NCBI GenBank assembly: GCA_022702125.1
Contig: JAKOND010000210.1
Span: forward strand, 17,322 to 81,321
Length of the DNA stretch: 64,000 nucleotides
Direction of reading: 5' to 3'
From: Burkholderiaceae bacterium
Lineage (GTDB): Bacteria; Pseudomonadota; Gammaproteobacteria; Burkholderiales; Burkholderiaceae_C
The notes under the pieces were generated by a model. The model saw nothing but the letters and a program-made list of their open reading frames with translations, did not search any database and was not told the origin of the DNA. The position numbers and the translations under genes are program-made. Shown in pieces: positions 53,437 through 63,119 of the stretch (position 1 is its first letter; every line of letters begins with the position of its first letter).

Positions 53437-56199
53437 GTGTCGGAGGCGCGGGGACGCTGCCCGACGGAAACCATCGCTTTCGACCCCCAGGACCTGGCCT
53501 CCCACTCGCGGTTCGTGCAGCGCCTGCGCCGGCGCTACGCGGACGAGCTGCACCACCTGCCGCCCGGCCCGCCGGTGCGCGCCACGATGGAGGCGGCGCT
53601 GGAATCCCTGGCCGCCGGCCATCCCGAGACCGGCGCGCGGCTGCGGGTGCTGCGCCAGCTGGTGATGGAGCGCCTGGCCACGCTCGACTGCGACCGGCAG
53701 GCGCCGCTCGGCGCGGTCACCCGGGCCTGCACCGAACTCGCCGAACTCGCGCTCGACGCGGCCTGCCGCGCCGCGTGGGACGAACTCGACGCCCGCCACG
53801 GCGCCCCGCTCGGCCCCGAGGGCCAGCGCGCGCAGCTGTGGGTGGTCGGCATGGGCAAGCTCGGCGCGCGCGAACTCAACGTGTCGAGCGACATCGACCT
53901 GATCTACCTCTACGACCACGACGGCGAGACGTCGGGCGACGCCGCCGGCCGGGGACGCACCTCCAACCACGAGTACTTCGCCCGCGCGGTGCGCACCGTG
54001 CAGGCGCTGGTGGGCGACACCACCGAGCACGGCTTCGTCTTCCGCATGGACCTGGCGCTGCGGCCCAACGGCAAGTCCGGCCCGCCGGTGTGCTCGGTGG
54101 CGGCGCTGGAGGAGTATTTCCAGGTCCAGGGCCGCGAATGGGAGCGTTTCGCCTGGCTCAAGAGCCGGGTGGTCGCGCCGCGGGCGGTGGTGGACGGCGC
54201 CGAGGTGCAGGCGCTGCGCGGCGTGGTGCTGCCCTTCGTCTTCCGGCGCTACCTGGACTACAACGTGTTCGACGCGCTGCGCGGCCTGCACCGCCAGATC
54301 CGCGAGCAGGCCGCGCGCCGCAGCGCCGGCCACCCCGGCCGCGCCAACGACGTGAAGCTCTCGCGCGGCGGCATCCGCGAGATCGAGTTCACCGTGCAGC
54401 TGCTGCAGGTGGTGCGCGGCGGCCAGTTCCCGGAACTGCGCCGGCGCGCCACGCTGGAATCGCTGGTGCGCATCGCCGACGCCGGCCTGATGCCGCGCGA
54501 CACCGCCGAGGCGCTGGCCCGCGCCTACGTCTTCCTGCGCCGGGTGGAGCACCGCATCCAGTACCTGGACGACCAGCAGACCCACGTGCTGCCCACGCGC
54601 GACGACGACCTGGCCTGGATCGCCCGCAGCATGGGCTACCCGGCCTGCTGCCCCTTCCTGCACGACCTGGACGCGCACCGCGAGCTGGTGGCGCAGGAGT
54701 TCGACATCCTGCTCGGCGGCGACCAGCCGCCGCGCTGCAACGGCAAGGGCTGCGGCGGCGCCGCCCCGGTGCCGCCCGACCTGGACGCGCTGCTGGGCGC
54801 CCTGCCGGCGCGGCTGCGCGGCCGGGTGGAGCAGTGGCGCGAGCATCCGCGCATCCAGGGCCTGCGCGACGACGACCGGACCCGGCTGGTGCGGCTGGTG
54901 CAGCGCACCGGCGAATGGCTGGCCGACGGCAGCGTCTCGGAGGACGGCGCGGTGCGCATGGCCGAATGGATCGAGCCGCTGCTGCGGCGCCAGAGCTACC
55001 TGGCGCTGCTGCTGGAGCGCCCGGCGGTGCACAAGCGCCTGCTGCACCTGCTGGGCGCGGCCAAGTGGCCCGCGCGCTACCTGCTGCAGCACCCCGGGGT
55101 GATCGACGAGCTGGCGAGCGACGCGCTCTTCTTCGAGCGCTTCAACGCCGACGACTACGAGCGCGAGCTGGAGCAGCGCCTGGCCTCGGTCCAGAAAACC
55201 GGCGAAGACGACGACGAGACCCTGCTCAACCTGCTGCGCCGCGCCTGCCACGCCGAGACCTTCCGCACCCTGGCGCGCGACGTCGAGGGCCGGCTCACCG
55301 TCGAGCAGGTGGCCGACGACCTGAGCGCGCTGGCCGACGCCACCCTGCGGGTGACGGTGCGCTGGTGCTGGCAGCGCCTGAAGACGCGCCATCGCGACAT
55401 CCCCGACCCGTCGGAGCATTTCGCGGTCATCGGCTACGGCAAGCTCGGCGGCAAGGAACTGGGCTACGGCAGCGACCTGGACATCGTCTTCGTCTTCGAC
55501 GACGAGGACGAGCGCGCCCCCGAGGCCTACACCGCGCTGGTGCGCAAGCTCATCAACTGGCTGATGGTCAAGACCCGCGAGGGCGACCTCTACGAGATCG
55601 ACACCGCGCTGCGGCCCAACGGCAATTCGGGCCTGCTGGTGTCGAGCCTGGAGTCCTATGCCCGCTACCAGCAGCGCCGCGGCAGCAACACCGCCTGGAC
55701 CTGGGAGCACCAGGCCATGACCCGCGCCCGCTGCGTGCTGGGCAGCCCGCGGCTGCGGGCGCATTTCGACCAGGTGCGCGAGGCGGTCATCGCCGCGCCG
55801 CGCGACGCCCAGGCGCTGCGCCAGGAGATCGTCGCGATGCGCACCCGGGTGCGCGCGGCGCATCCGGTCAAGGCCGGCCGCTTCGACGTCAAGCACAGCG
55901 CCGGCGGCATGGTGGACGCCGAGTTCGCGGTGCAGTGCCTGGTGCTGACCCATTCGGCCAGCCACGCGGGCCTGTGCGAGAACGTCGGCAACATCGCGCT
56001 GATGGTCCGGGCCGAGATGGCCGGCCTGCTCGCCCCCGGCATCGGCCAGCGCGCCGCCACCGCCTACCGCACCCTGCGCCGCATCCAGCACCAGGCGCGG
56101 CTCGACGAGGCGCCGACGCAGGTCCTGCCCGAGACGCTGGCCGCCGAGCGCGAGGCGGTGCTCGACCTCTGGCACGCGGTGTTCCTGCCGGAGCGCTGA
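53437..56199 (+). CDS. glnE: Bifunctional glutamine synthetase adenylyltransferase/adenylyl-removing enzyme
   Basis: There are two nucleotidyltransferase domains (GMGKLGARELNVSSDIDLIYLYD and GYGKLGGKELGYGSDLDIVFVFD). SHSRFVQRLRRRY lies near the N-terminus. The start is uncertain: I chose GTG 53437, with in-frame GTG 53344 and 53356 as alternatives. The first ATG, 53587, lies downstream of the N-terminal block SHSRFVQRLRRRY. Confidence 0.9.
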   Translation: MSEARGRCPTETIAFDPQDLASHSRFVQRLRRRYADELHHLPPGPPVRATMEAALESLAAGHPETGARLRVLRQLVMERLATLDCDRQAPLGAVTRACTELAELALDAACRAAWDELDARHGAPLGPEGQRAQLWVVGMGKLGARELNVSSDIDLIYLYDHDGETSGDAAGRGRTSNHEYFARAVRTVQALVGDTTEHGFVFRMDLALRPNGKSGPPVCSVAALEEYFQVQGREWERFAWLKSRVVAPRAVVDGAEVQALRGVVLPFVFRRYLDYNVFDALRGLHRQIREQAARRSAGHPGRANDVKLSRGGIREIEFTVQLLQVVRGGQFPELRRRATLESLVRIADAGLMPRDTAEALARAYVFLRRVEHRIQYLDDQQTHVLPTRDDDLAWIARSMGYPACCPFLHDLDAHRELVAQEFDILLGGDQPPRCNGKGCGGAAPVPPDLDALLGALPARLRGRVEQWREHPRIQGLRDDDRTRLVRLVQRTGEWLADGSVSEDGAVRMAEWIEPLLRRQSYLALLLERPAVHKRLLHLLGAAKWPARYLLQHPGVIDELASDALFFERFNADDYERELEQRLASVQKTGEDDDETLLNLLRRACHAETFRTLARDVEGRLTVEQVADDLSALADATLRVTVRWCWQRLKTRHRDIPDPSEHFAVIGYGKLGGKELGYGSDLDIVFVFDDEDERAPEAYTALVRKLINWLMVKTREGDLYEIDTALRPNGNSGLLVSSLESYARYQQRRGSNTAWTWEHQAMTRARCVLGSPRLRAHFDQVREAVIAAPRDAQALRQEIVAMRTRVRAAHPVKAGRFDVKHSAGGMVDAEFAVQCLVLTHSASHAGLCENVGNIALMVRAEMAGLLAPGIGQRAATAYRTLRRIQHQARLDEAPTQVLPETLAAEREAVLDLWHAVFLPER

Positions 56200-56283
56200 C
56201 GCGGCCGGGCGGCGGCGGGCCGGCGTTCCCGTTGTAACCGCTGGATTCAGGAACGCCGGCGGCCCTGCTTACAGTGCACCGCC

Positions 56284-58074
56284 ATGCCCGATGCTTCCGC
56301 ACCGCGCCGGCGGCTCTGGCGGACCGGAGCGCCGGTGCCCGACACCTACCAGTTCCCGCCGCACGAACGGGCCACCATGCCCGGCTCGCCGGCCACGCCC
56401 GAGCATCCGACGGCGCGCCGGGTGGCGTACTTCCTCACCGGCATCCTGCTGGGGCTGACCGGGGGCTTCGGCAACGCGCTGATCGCGGCCAACCTGCCCA
56501 ACATCCAGGGCACGCTCGGCCTCTACAGCAACGAGGCGGCCTGGCTGAGCACCGCCTACCTGATGACCAACGTGTGCATGAACCTGCTGCTGATCAAGTT
56601 CCGGCAGCAGTTCGGCCTGAACGTCTTCATCCGCATCTTCCTCGGCGCCTACGTGGCGCTGACGCTGGCGCACCTGTTCGTCCACGGCTTCGGCACGGCG
56701 GTGGCGGTGCGCGCGGCCAGCGGCATCGCGGCCGGCGCGCTCAGCACGCTGTCGCTGTTCTATTTCATCCAGTCGATGCCCGCGCGCTGGCGCCTGAAGG
56801 GCATCGTGCTGGGCGTGGGCGTGCCGCAGCTGGCGACGCCGCTGGCGCGGCTGTTCTCGTCGGACCTGCTGGAATTCGGCGGCTGGCGCACGCTCTACCT
56901 GTTCGAGCTGGGCCTGGCGCTGCTGTCGCTGGCGGCGGTGGCGCTGCTGCGGCTGCCGCCGAGCGAGCGCATCAAGGTCTTCGAGAAGCTCGACCTGCTG
57001 ACCTTCGCGCTGTTCGCGCCGGGCATCGCGCTGCTGTGCGCGGTGCTGGGCCAGGGCCGCATCGTCTGGTGGACCGACACGGCCTGGCTCGGCTGGGCGC
57101 TGTGCGGCGCCATCGCGCTGCTGGCCGCGGCGCTGCTGGTCGAGCACAACCGGGCCAACCCGCTGCTCAACACCCGCTGGCTCAGCAGCGGCGACATCGC
57201 GCGCTTCGCGGTGGTGGCCACGCTGGTGCGGCTGCTGCTGTCGGAGCAGAGCTTCGGCTCGGTCGGGCTGCTGGCCGCGCTGGGCGTGGGCAACGACCAG
57301 CTGATCGGCCTGTTCGCGGTGGTGTCGGCGGCCACGGTCGCGGGCCTCGTCGTCAGCGTGCTGACCGTCTCGCCGCAGAACCTGGGCCTGCCCATCGTGG
57401 CGGCGCTGGCGCTGATCGCGGCCGGCAGCTTCCTCGATGCGCGCGCGACCAACCTGGTGCGGCCGCGGGACTTCTACCTCAGCCAGGCGCTGCTGGGCTT
57501 CGCGGCGGCGATCTTCATGGGGCCGGCGCTGCTGTTCGGCATGATCCGGGCGCTGCGCAAGGGGCCGTCGCACATCGTGAGCTTCACCGCCCTGTTCGGC
57601 ATCACCCAGAGCCTGGGCGGCCTGGCCGGCAGCGCGCTGCTGGGCACCTTCCAGGTGGCGCGCGAGAAGTTCCACTCGAACATGCTGGTCCAGTCGGTGC
57701 GCCTGACCGATCCGCTGGACGCGGCGCGCCTGCAGGCCGGCGCCGGCGCCTACGCCCGGGTGCTGGGCGATCCGGCGCTGCGCCAGGCCGAGGGCGGCGC
57801 GCTGCTGTCGCAGCAGTTCACCCGCGAGGCCAACGTGCTGGCCTTCAACGACGTCTTCCTGGCGATCGGCATCCTGTCCTGCGCGGCGGTACTGTGGGTG
57901 GGATGGCTGGTGGTGCGCGCCCGGCGCCTCGCCGCCGCGTCCGCCGCGCCGGCCGCTCCCGCCGCGCCTGCCGCCTCCCCCGCGACGCCCCGGACGCCGG
58001 CGCCCGCGACCGTTCCCGCCGCCAACGTCGCCCCGGCCGCGCCCCCGGCGGGCGGCTCCCAGGATTCCCGATGA
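56284..58074 (+). CDS. MFS efflux transporter (EmrB/DHA2-like) with Pro/Ala-rich C-tail
   Basis: It is polytopic (about 14 predicted hydrophobic helices). The operon also encodes a HlyD adaptor and an OMF. Confidence 0.85.
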   Translation: MPDASAPRRRLWRTGAPVPDTYQFPPHERATMPGSPATPEHPTARRVAYFLTGILLGLTGGFGNALIAANLPNIQGTLGLYSNEAAWLSTAYLMTNVCMNLLLIKFRQQFGLNVFIRIFLGAYVALTLAHLFVHGFGTAVAVRAASGIAAGALSTLSLFYFIQSMPARWRLKGIVLGVGVPQLATPLARLFSSDLLEFGGWRTLYLFELGLALLSLAAVALLRLPPSERIKVFEKLDLLTFALFAPGIALLCAVLGQGRIVWWTDTAWLGWALCGAIALLAAALLVEHNRANPLLNTRWLSSGDIARFAVVATLVRLLLSEQSFGSVGLLAALGVGNDQLIGLFAVVSAATVAGLVVSVLTVSPQNLGLPIVAALALIAAGSFLDARATNLVRPRDFYLSQALLGFAAAIFMGPALLFGMIRALRKGPSHIVSFTALFGITQSLGGLAGSALLGTFQVAREKFHSNMLVQSVRLTDPLDAARLQAGAGAYARVLGDPALRQAEGGALLSQQFTREANVLAFNDVFLAIGILSCAAVLWVGWLVVRARRLAAASAAPAAPAAPAASPATPRTPAPATVPAANVAPAAPPAGGSQDSR

Positions 58075-59549
58075 ACGCCCTGCCCCCTTCCCCGCCCGCC
58101 CCGTCGCCTGTTCCGGCGCCGCCGCCGCAACGCCTCGAAGACCCCGTCGAGACGCTGGCCGACCAGGACGAGGCCGCGCGCCAGGCGCGCGACGACCCGG
58201 ACCCCGACGCGCCGGCCGCGCCGCTGACGCCGGCCGCCGCCGCGGCGGTGCCGGCACCGCCGGCGCGACCGGCCTCCGCGGCCCCGCCCCCGGCCGGCGC
58301 GCCCGCCGCCGCCCCGGCGCCCGCGCCCGCCGCCAGCCCGGCCGCGCCGACCGGCTGGGCGCCGCCGCGCAGCGGCCTGCGGGGCACCGTCGCCCTGCTG
58401 GTGCTGGCGCTCGCGGGCATCCTGGTCGTGCTCTACGCCTGGCGGCTGCCGCCCTTCACCAGCGCCGTCGAGAGCACCGACAACGCCTACGTGCGCGGCC
58501 AGACCACCGTCGTCAGCCCGCAGGCCAGCGGCTACGTCGCCGAGGTGCCGGTGCAGGACTTCCAGCCGGTGCGCGCCGGGCAGGTGCTGGTGCGCATCGA
58601 CGACCGCATCTACCGCCAGCGGGTGGACCAGGCGCGCGCCTCGCTCGCCAGCCAGGTGGCGGGCCTGCGGAACTCGGCGCAGACCCTGCGCTCGCGCGAG
58701 GCCGCCGTCGGCTCCCAGGCGGCGGCGGTGGCCAGCGCGCGGGCCCAGCTCGACCGGGCGCGGGCCGACATGCGCCGCGTCGACGCGCTGGTGGCCGACG
58801 GCTCGGTCTCGCTGCGCGAGCGCGACCAGACCCTGGCCGCGCTGCGCCAGGCCGAGACCGCCGTCGCCCAGGCGCAGGCCGCGGGCGAGATCGCGCGCCA
58901 GGACGTGCGCTCGGTCACCGTCGGCCGCGCGGGGCTCGAAGCCGGCGTGGCCGGCGCGCAGGCGGCGCTGCGGCTGGCCGAGATCGACCTCGAGAACACC
59001 GCCGTGCGCGCGCCGCGCGACGGCCGGCTCAGCGAGGTGGGCGTGCGCGTCGGCCAGTACGTCACCGCCGGCACGCAGCTGATGTTCCTGGTGCCCGACC
59101 GGCTGTGGATCGTCGCCAACTACAAGGAGGCGCAGACGGCGCGCATGGCGCCTGGCCAGCCGGTCAGCTTCCGGGTGGACGCGCTGGGCGATGCGCGCCT
59201 GACCGGCCGCGTCGAGCGGCTCGCGCCCGCCGCCGGGTCGGAATTCGCGGTGCTGCGGCCGGACAACGCCACCGGCAACTTCGTGAAGGTGGCCCAGCGC
59301 ATCGCGGTGCGCATCGCCATCGACCCCGGCCAGCCGCTGGCGGCGCGGCTGCGCCCGGGCCTGTCGGTGGAGACGCGGGTCGACACCGCCGCGCGGCCGG
59401 ACGGCGCCCGGACGGGATCGGCCCCGGGCGCGCCCGGCGCGCCGCCGTCGCGGGACCCGCCCGCCGTCCCGGGCGCGGCGACGGGCGCGGCCGACGCGGC
59501 GGCTCCGCCGCCGATGCCGTCCCCCGCCGGCGCGGAAACCCGGCGATGA
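58071..59549 (+). CDS. HlyD/EmrA-family membrane fusion protein
   Basis: ATGA overlaps the MFS stop. A P/A-rich N-region of about 110 aa precedes a TM helix. TDNAYVRGQTTVVSPQASGYVAEVPVQDFQPVRAGQVLVRID is the biotinyl-lipoyl-like domain. A coiled coil and NFVKVAQRIAVRI follow. Confidence 0.88.
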   Translation: MNALPPSPPAPSPVPAPPPQRLEDPVETLADQDEAARQARDDPDPDAPAAPLTPAAAAAVPAPPARPASAAPPPAGAPAAAPAPAPAASPAAPTGWAPPRSGLRGTVALLVLALAGILVVLYAWRLPPFTSAVESTDNAYVRGQTTVVSPQASGYVAEVPVQDFQPVRAGQVLVRIDDRIYRQRVDQARASLASQVAGLRNSAQTLRSREAAVGSQAAAVASARAQLDRARADMRRVDALVADGSVSLRERDQTLAALRQAETAVAQAQAAGEIARQDVRSVTVGRAGLEAGVAGAQAALRLAEIDLENTAVRAPRDGRLSEVGVRVGQYVTAGTQLMFLVPDRLWIVANYKEAQTARMAPGQPVSFRVDALGDARLTGRVERLAPAAGSEFAVLRPDNATGNFVKVAQRIAVRIAIDPGQPLAARLRPGLSVETRVDTAARPDGARTGSAPGAPGAPPSRDPPAVPGAATGAADAAAPPPMPSPAGAETRR

Positions 59550-61000
59550 GGACCGTGCCCCGCCTGGCCCTGGCGGCCGCCGCGCTGGCGCTGTCCGCCG
59601 GCTGCGCCGGCCCGGCGCCGACCGCGCCGGCGGATGCGGGCGTCGCGCCGCCCGTGGCCTGGCGCGGCCTGCCGGACGGCCGCGGCGCGTCCGCCGGCGC
59701 GGCGCCGGAGTCGGCCGGCGCGCGGGAGCCGGCCGCGCCCGTCGATGCCCGCTGGTGGGAACGGTTCGGCGACGCCGCGCTGTCGGGCCTGGTGGAGCAG
59801 GCGCTGGCGCGCAACACCGACATCGCCGCCGCCGCCGCCCGCATCGCCGAGGCCCGGGCGCAGGCCGCCCTGGCGCAGGCCCAGCGCACGCCGCAGCTCG
59901 ACCTGGGCGCGACGGCGGCCCGGGCGCGCAGCCGCAGCGCCCTGACCGGCCGGCCGGTGGAGGCCACCAGCGCGCAGCCGCAATTCCAGGCGGCCTACGA
60001 GGTGGACCTGTTCGGCCGGCTCGACGACCTGTCGGACGCGGCGCGCGCAGCCTTCCTCGCGAGCGCCACCGCGCGCGACACCGTGGCGCTCGGCGTGGCG
60101 GCGGCGACCGCCAGCGGGTATTTCTCGCTGCGCGGCCTGGACGCCCGGCTCGACGTCGCCCGGCAGACCGTGCAGGCGCGCGCCGAGGCCCTGCGCCTGG
60201 CCCGGTCGCGGGCCGAGGCCGGCTACACCTCGCAACTGGAGCTGCGCCAGGCCCAGTCCGAGTACGAGGCCGCCGCGCAGATCGTGCCGCAGCTGCGGCT
60301 GGGCGTGGCGCGCCAGGAGAACGCCCTGCGCCGGCTGCTGGGCGAGGCGCCCGGCGACATCGCGCGCGGCCGGGCGCTGGAGGCGCTGCGCCCCCCGGCG
60401 GTGCCGGCCGGACTGCCGGCGGAACTGCTGCGGCGCCGGCCCGATGTGGCGCAGGCCGAATACGCGCTCGCCGCGGCCGACGCCAGCCTGTCGGCCACCC
60501 GCAAGCTCTACCTGCCGCAGGTGCGGCTGACCGGCACCGCCGGCCTCGTGCTGATCAACTCCCTGCGCGACCCGACCACCCTCTGGACCCTGGGCGGCAG
60601 CGTGCTGGCGCCGCTCTTCAGCGGCGGGCGGCTGCGCGCCCAGGTGGATGCCGCCGCCGCGCGGCGCGACCAGGCGGCCCATGCCTATCGCGGCACCGCG
60701 CTCACCGCGTTCCGCGAAGTCGAGGACGCGCTGGCCGGCGTGGCGCGGCTGGGCGAGCAGGCCGACAGCCTGCAGCGCCAGCGCGACCTGCTGGCCGAGA
60801 CGCTGCGGCTGGCGACCAACCGCTACCGCGCGGGCTATGCCGGCTACCTGGAGCAGCTCGATGCCCAGCGCGGCCTGCTGGGCGCCGAGCTGTCGCTGCT
60901 GCAGACCCGCGCCGACCAGCTGTCGGCGTCGGTGTCGCTCTTCCAGGCGCTGGGCGGCGGCTGGACCGGTCCGTCCGCCGGCGCCGACGGCCCGTCCTGA
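59546..61000 (+). CDS. Efflux outer-membrane factor lipoprotein (NodT family)
   Basis: ATGA overlaps the upstream stop. The lipobox is LSAGC. WWERFGDAALSGLV, YEVDLFGRL and LFQALGGGW are OMF motifs. Confidence 0.9.
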   Translation: MRTVPRLALAAAALALSAGCAGPAPTAPADAGVAPPVAWRGLPDGRGASAGAAPESAGAREPAAPVDARWWERFGDAALSGLVEQALARNTDIAAAAARIAEARAQAALAQAQRTPQLDLGATAARARSRSALTGRPVEATSAQPQFQAAYEVDLFGRLDDLSDAARAAFLASATARDTVALGVAAATASGYFSLRGLDARLDVARQTVQARAEALRLARSRAEAGYTSQLELRQAQSEYEAAAQIVPQLRLGVARQENALRRLLGEAPGDIARGRALEALRPPAVPAGLPAELLRRRPDVAQAEYALAAADASLSATRKLYLPQVRLTGTAGLVLINSLRDPTTLWTLGGSVLAPLFSGGRLRAQVDAAAARRDQAAHAYRGTALTAFREVEDALAGVARLGEQADSLQRQRDLLAETLRLATNRYRAGYAGYLEQLDAQRGLLGAELSLLQTRADQLSASVSLFQALGGGWTGPSAGADGPS

Positions 61001-61026
61001 GCCAGCGCCGCAGCGCCCGCGCCCGG

Positions 61027-62148
61027 TCAGAAGATGTGGCGCATCCCCAGCGCCAGGCCCGACGGGCGGCTGCCCGGGCGGGACGCCAGGTCGTTGGCGG
61101 AATCCGCGCCCGACGGCGCGAAGGCCGACGCGCCGCGGTTGCGCACCTTGCTGCCGATGGCGTAGAGCTGGGTGCGCGCCGACAGCGAATGCACGTAGCC
61201 GAGGCTGAAGACCTGCGCCTTGTCGTCGGCGTCCGTGGTCTTGCCCTGGCCGTACGCGACCTCGACCAGGCCGGCGGGCAGCACGTCGATCATCGAGCCG
61301 ACGTAGAACTCGTTGCGCTTGCGCTCGGCCGCGGCCACCGGCTCGATCTTCAGGTGGCTGTAGCCGCCCATCAGCTTGAAGGCGCCGACCTTGTAGGTGC
61401 CGGCGACCAGCGCGTCCTCCAGGTCGGTGCGGGCGGTGGTGCGGGTCTTGTCGCGCAGGTAGACGCCGCCCAGGTAGAGCGGGCCCTGGGCGTAGGTCAG
61501 GCCGGCGCTGGCGACGCCGCGCGCGCTGCCCTGCTGCTCGGCGAAGCCGTAGAGCAGCGAGCCCTGCAGGCCGCTCCAGATCGGGGTGTAGTAGCTGACG
61601 GCGTTGTCGATGCGCACGCCGCTGCCGCCCTGGCCCAGGCTGAGCACGCCGGAGGTGAAGCTGCTGCCGTAGGCGGTGTCCATCGGGTCGGTGTTGGCCG
61701 CCAGCAGGAAGAGCTGCGAATACTGCCGGCCGACGACGACCTCGCCGAAATTGCCCGCCAGGCCCACCCACGACTGCCGGCCGAACAGCCGGCCGCCCTG
61801 GGACGAGGCGCCGGAGTCGAGCTGGATGCCGCTTTCGAGCTGGAATTTGGCCTTGAGCCCGCCGCCCAGGTCCTCGGCGCCCTTGAGGCCCCAGCGGCTT
61901 CCCGACAGGCCGCCCGACTGCACCGTGACCCGGTGCCCGGTACCGCCCGCGCCGGGGCCGCCGCCGTCGCGGGCGTATTCGAGGTAGGAATCGACCACGC
62001 CGTAGAGGCTGACCGCGCCCTGCGCCAGCGCGCCGCCCGCCACGCCCGACAGGCCGCAGAAGGCCCCGGCCATCGCCGCCGCCCGCGCCGCGCGGCGCGC
62101 CGTTCCAGGGGCTTGGAGTTGTGATTTTTTGGTTGCCCGCACTTGCAT
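61027..62148 (-). CDS. Gram-negative general porin (Burkholderia/Bordetella OmpC-like)
   Basis: VSLYGVVDSYLEY...SRWGLKGAEDLGGGLKAKFQLE...SWVGLAG.FG is present, with the C-terminal GMRHIF ending in Phe. The start may instead be the internal Met at 62073. Confidence 0.88.
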   Translation of the reverse strand: MQVRATKKSQLQAPGTARRAARAAAMAGAFCGLSGVAGGALAQGAVSLYGVVDSYLEYARDGGGPGAGGTGHRVTVQSGGLSGSRWGLKGAEDLGGGLKAKFQLESGIQLDSGASSQGGRLFGRQSWVGLAGNFGEVVVGRQYSQLFLLAANTDPMDTAYGSSFTSGVLSLGQGGSGVRIDNAVSYYTPIWSGLQGSLLYGFAEQQGSARGVASAGLTYAQGPLYLGGVYLRDKTRTTARTDLEDALVAGTYKVGAFKLMGGYSHLKIEPVAAAERKRNEFYVGSMIDVLPAGLVEVAYGQGKTTDADDKAQVFSLGYVHSLSARTQLYAIGSKVRNRGASAFAPSGADSANDLASRPGSRPSGLALGMRHIF

Positions 62149-62291
62149 TCCCTCTTTCCTTCGATGGTTGAAAAATTAATCCTCCCACAGTCCCAGGGGT
62201 TATTGCCGGCATGTTGCGAAGATGTAACAGAACGCTTTCGTATGAACAAACTCCTGTGGATCAGTAACGGCCATCCGGGGATGCGCAATTC

Positions 62292-62307
62292 AAACAATCG
62301 TTTGTTT
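62292..62307. promoter_or_regulatory. Inverted repeat AAACAA-tcgt-TTGTTT; candidate TetR operator
   Basis: Six-bp perfect arms lie 30 nt upstream of the tetR ATG. They are within the AT-rich porin/tetR divergent region. Confidence 0.4.
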
Positions 62308-62336
62308 CACAGGGTGTCTATGCTCTAATCCTTTCC

Positions 62337-63119
62337 ATGTCCACCGCCCTCGCTTCCGTCTCCCGCACGCCCCGCAGCGATGGCACCGAGGCCCGCGAGC
62401 GGCTGCTGCTGGCGGCGCTGCGGCTGTTCGCCGGCAAGGGCTTCGCCAAGACCTCGGTGCGCGAGATCGCCCAGGCCGCCGGCGCTAACGTGGCCTCCAT
62501 CGGCTACTACTTCGGCGACAAGGCCGGCATCTACCGCGCCGCCTTCACCGAGCCGCTGGGACACCTGGGCGACGACATCGCCGTCTGGAGCGACCCGGCG
62601 CTGCCGCTGCCCGAGGCGCTGGCCGCCTTCTTCCGGCTCTACATGCATTCGATGAAGCAGGGCGACATCGCCCGGCAGTGCGTGCGGCTGCACGTGCGCG
62701 AGGTGCTGGAGCCCACCGGCTACTGGCAGCAGGAGCTGGAGCGCGACGTGCTGCGCCCCCAGGCCGCGCTGGAGACCCTGCTCTGCCGGGGCCTGGGCCT
62801 GGCGGCGCCCGACGACGACATCCGCCGGCTCGCCTTCTCGATCGCCGGGCTGTCGATGCACCTGCACATCGCCCACGACCTGGTCGACGCGGTGCACGCG
62901 CCGCTGCTCGCCACTCCGGAAGCGATCGACACCTGGACCGCCCGGCTGCTGGACTACGCGCTGGCGATGGTCGGCGCCGAGCGCGCGCGCCGCGCCGCCG
63001 CCGATACCGCCGCGGGCACCGCCACGGATGCCGACCGTCCGGCCCGGGGCACCGCCGCCGCCGCACCGCCGTCCGCCCCCGCGCCCTCGCCGCGCAACCG
63101 CAGAAAAGCCTCCGTATGA
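62337..63119 (+). CDS. TetR-family transcriptional regulator
   Basis: ARERLLLAALRLFAGKGFAKTSVREIAQAAGANVASIGYYFGDKAGIY is the TetR_N HTH. The gene is coupled to a downstream efflux gene. Confidence 0.88.
   Translation: MSTALASVSRTPRSDGTEARERLLLAALRLFAGKGFAKTSVREIAQAAGANVASIGYYFGDKAGIYRAAFTEPLGHLGDDIAVWSDPALPLPEALAAFFRLYMHSMKQGDIARQCVRLHVREVLEPTGYWQQELERDVLRPQAALETLLCRGLGLAAPDDDIRRLAFSIAGLSMHLHIAHDLVDAVHAPLLATPEAIDTWTARLLDYALAMVGAERARRAAADTAAGTATDADRPARGTAAAAPPSAPAPSPRNRRKASV

Noticed and set aside
47787-53474. Very long alternate-frame or antisense ORFs. Examples are the 1895-aa minus-strand frame over nit/yhdP, 48794..53263 (+), 13255..17019 (+), 59120..62212 (-), 716..2320 (-), 35533..38229 (-) and 21417..23516 (-).
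   Set aside because: Their translations are dominated by Arg, Pro, Gly and Ala with no recognisable motifs. They overlap frames that have clear family signatures and high GC3. This is the expected stop-codon depletion of DNA with about 70% GC.
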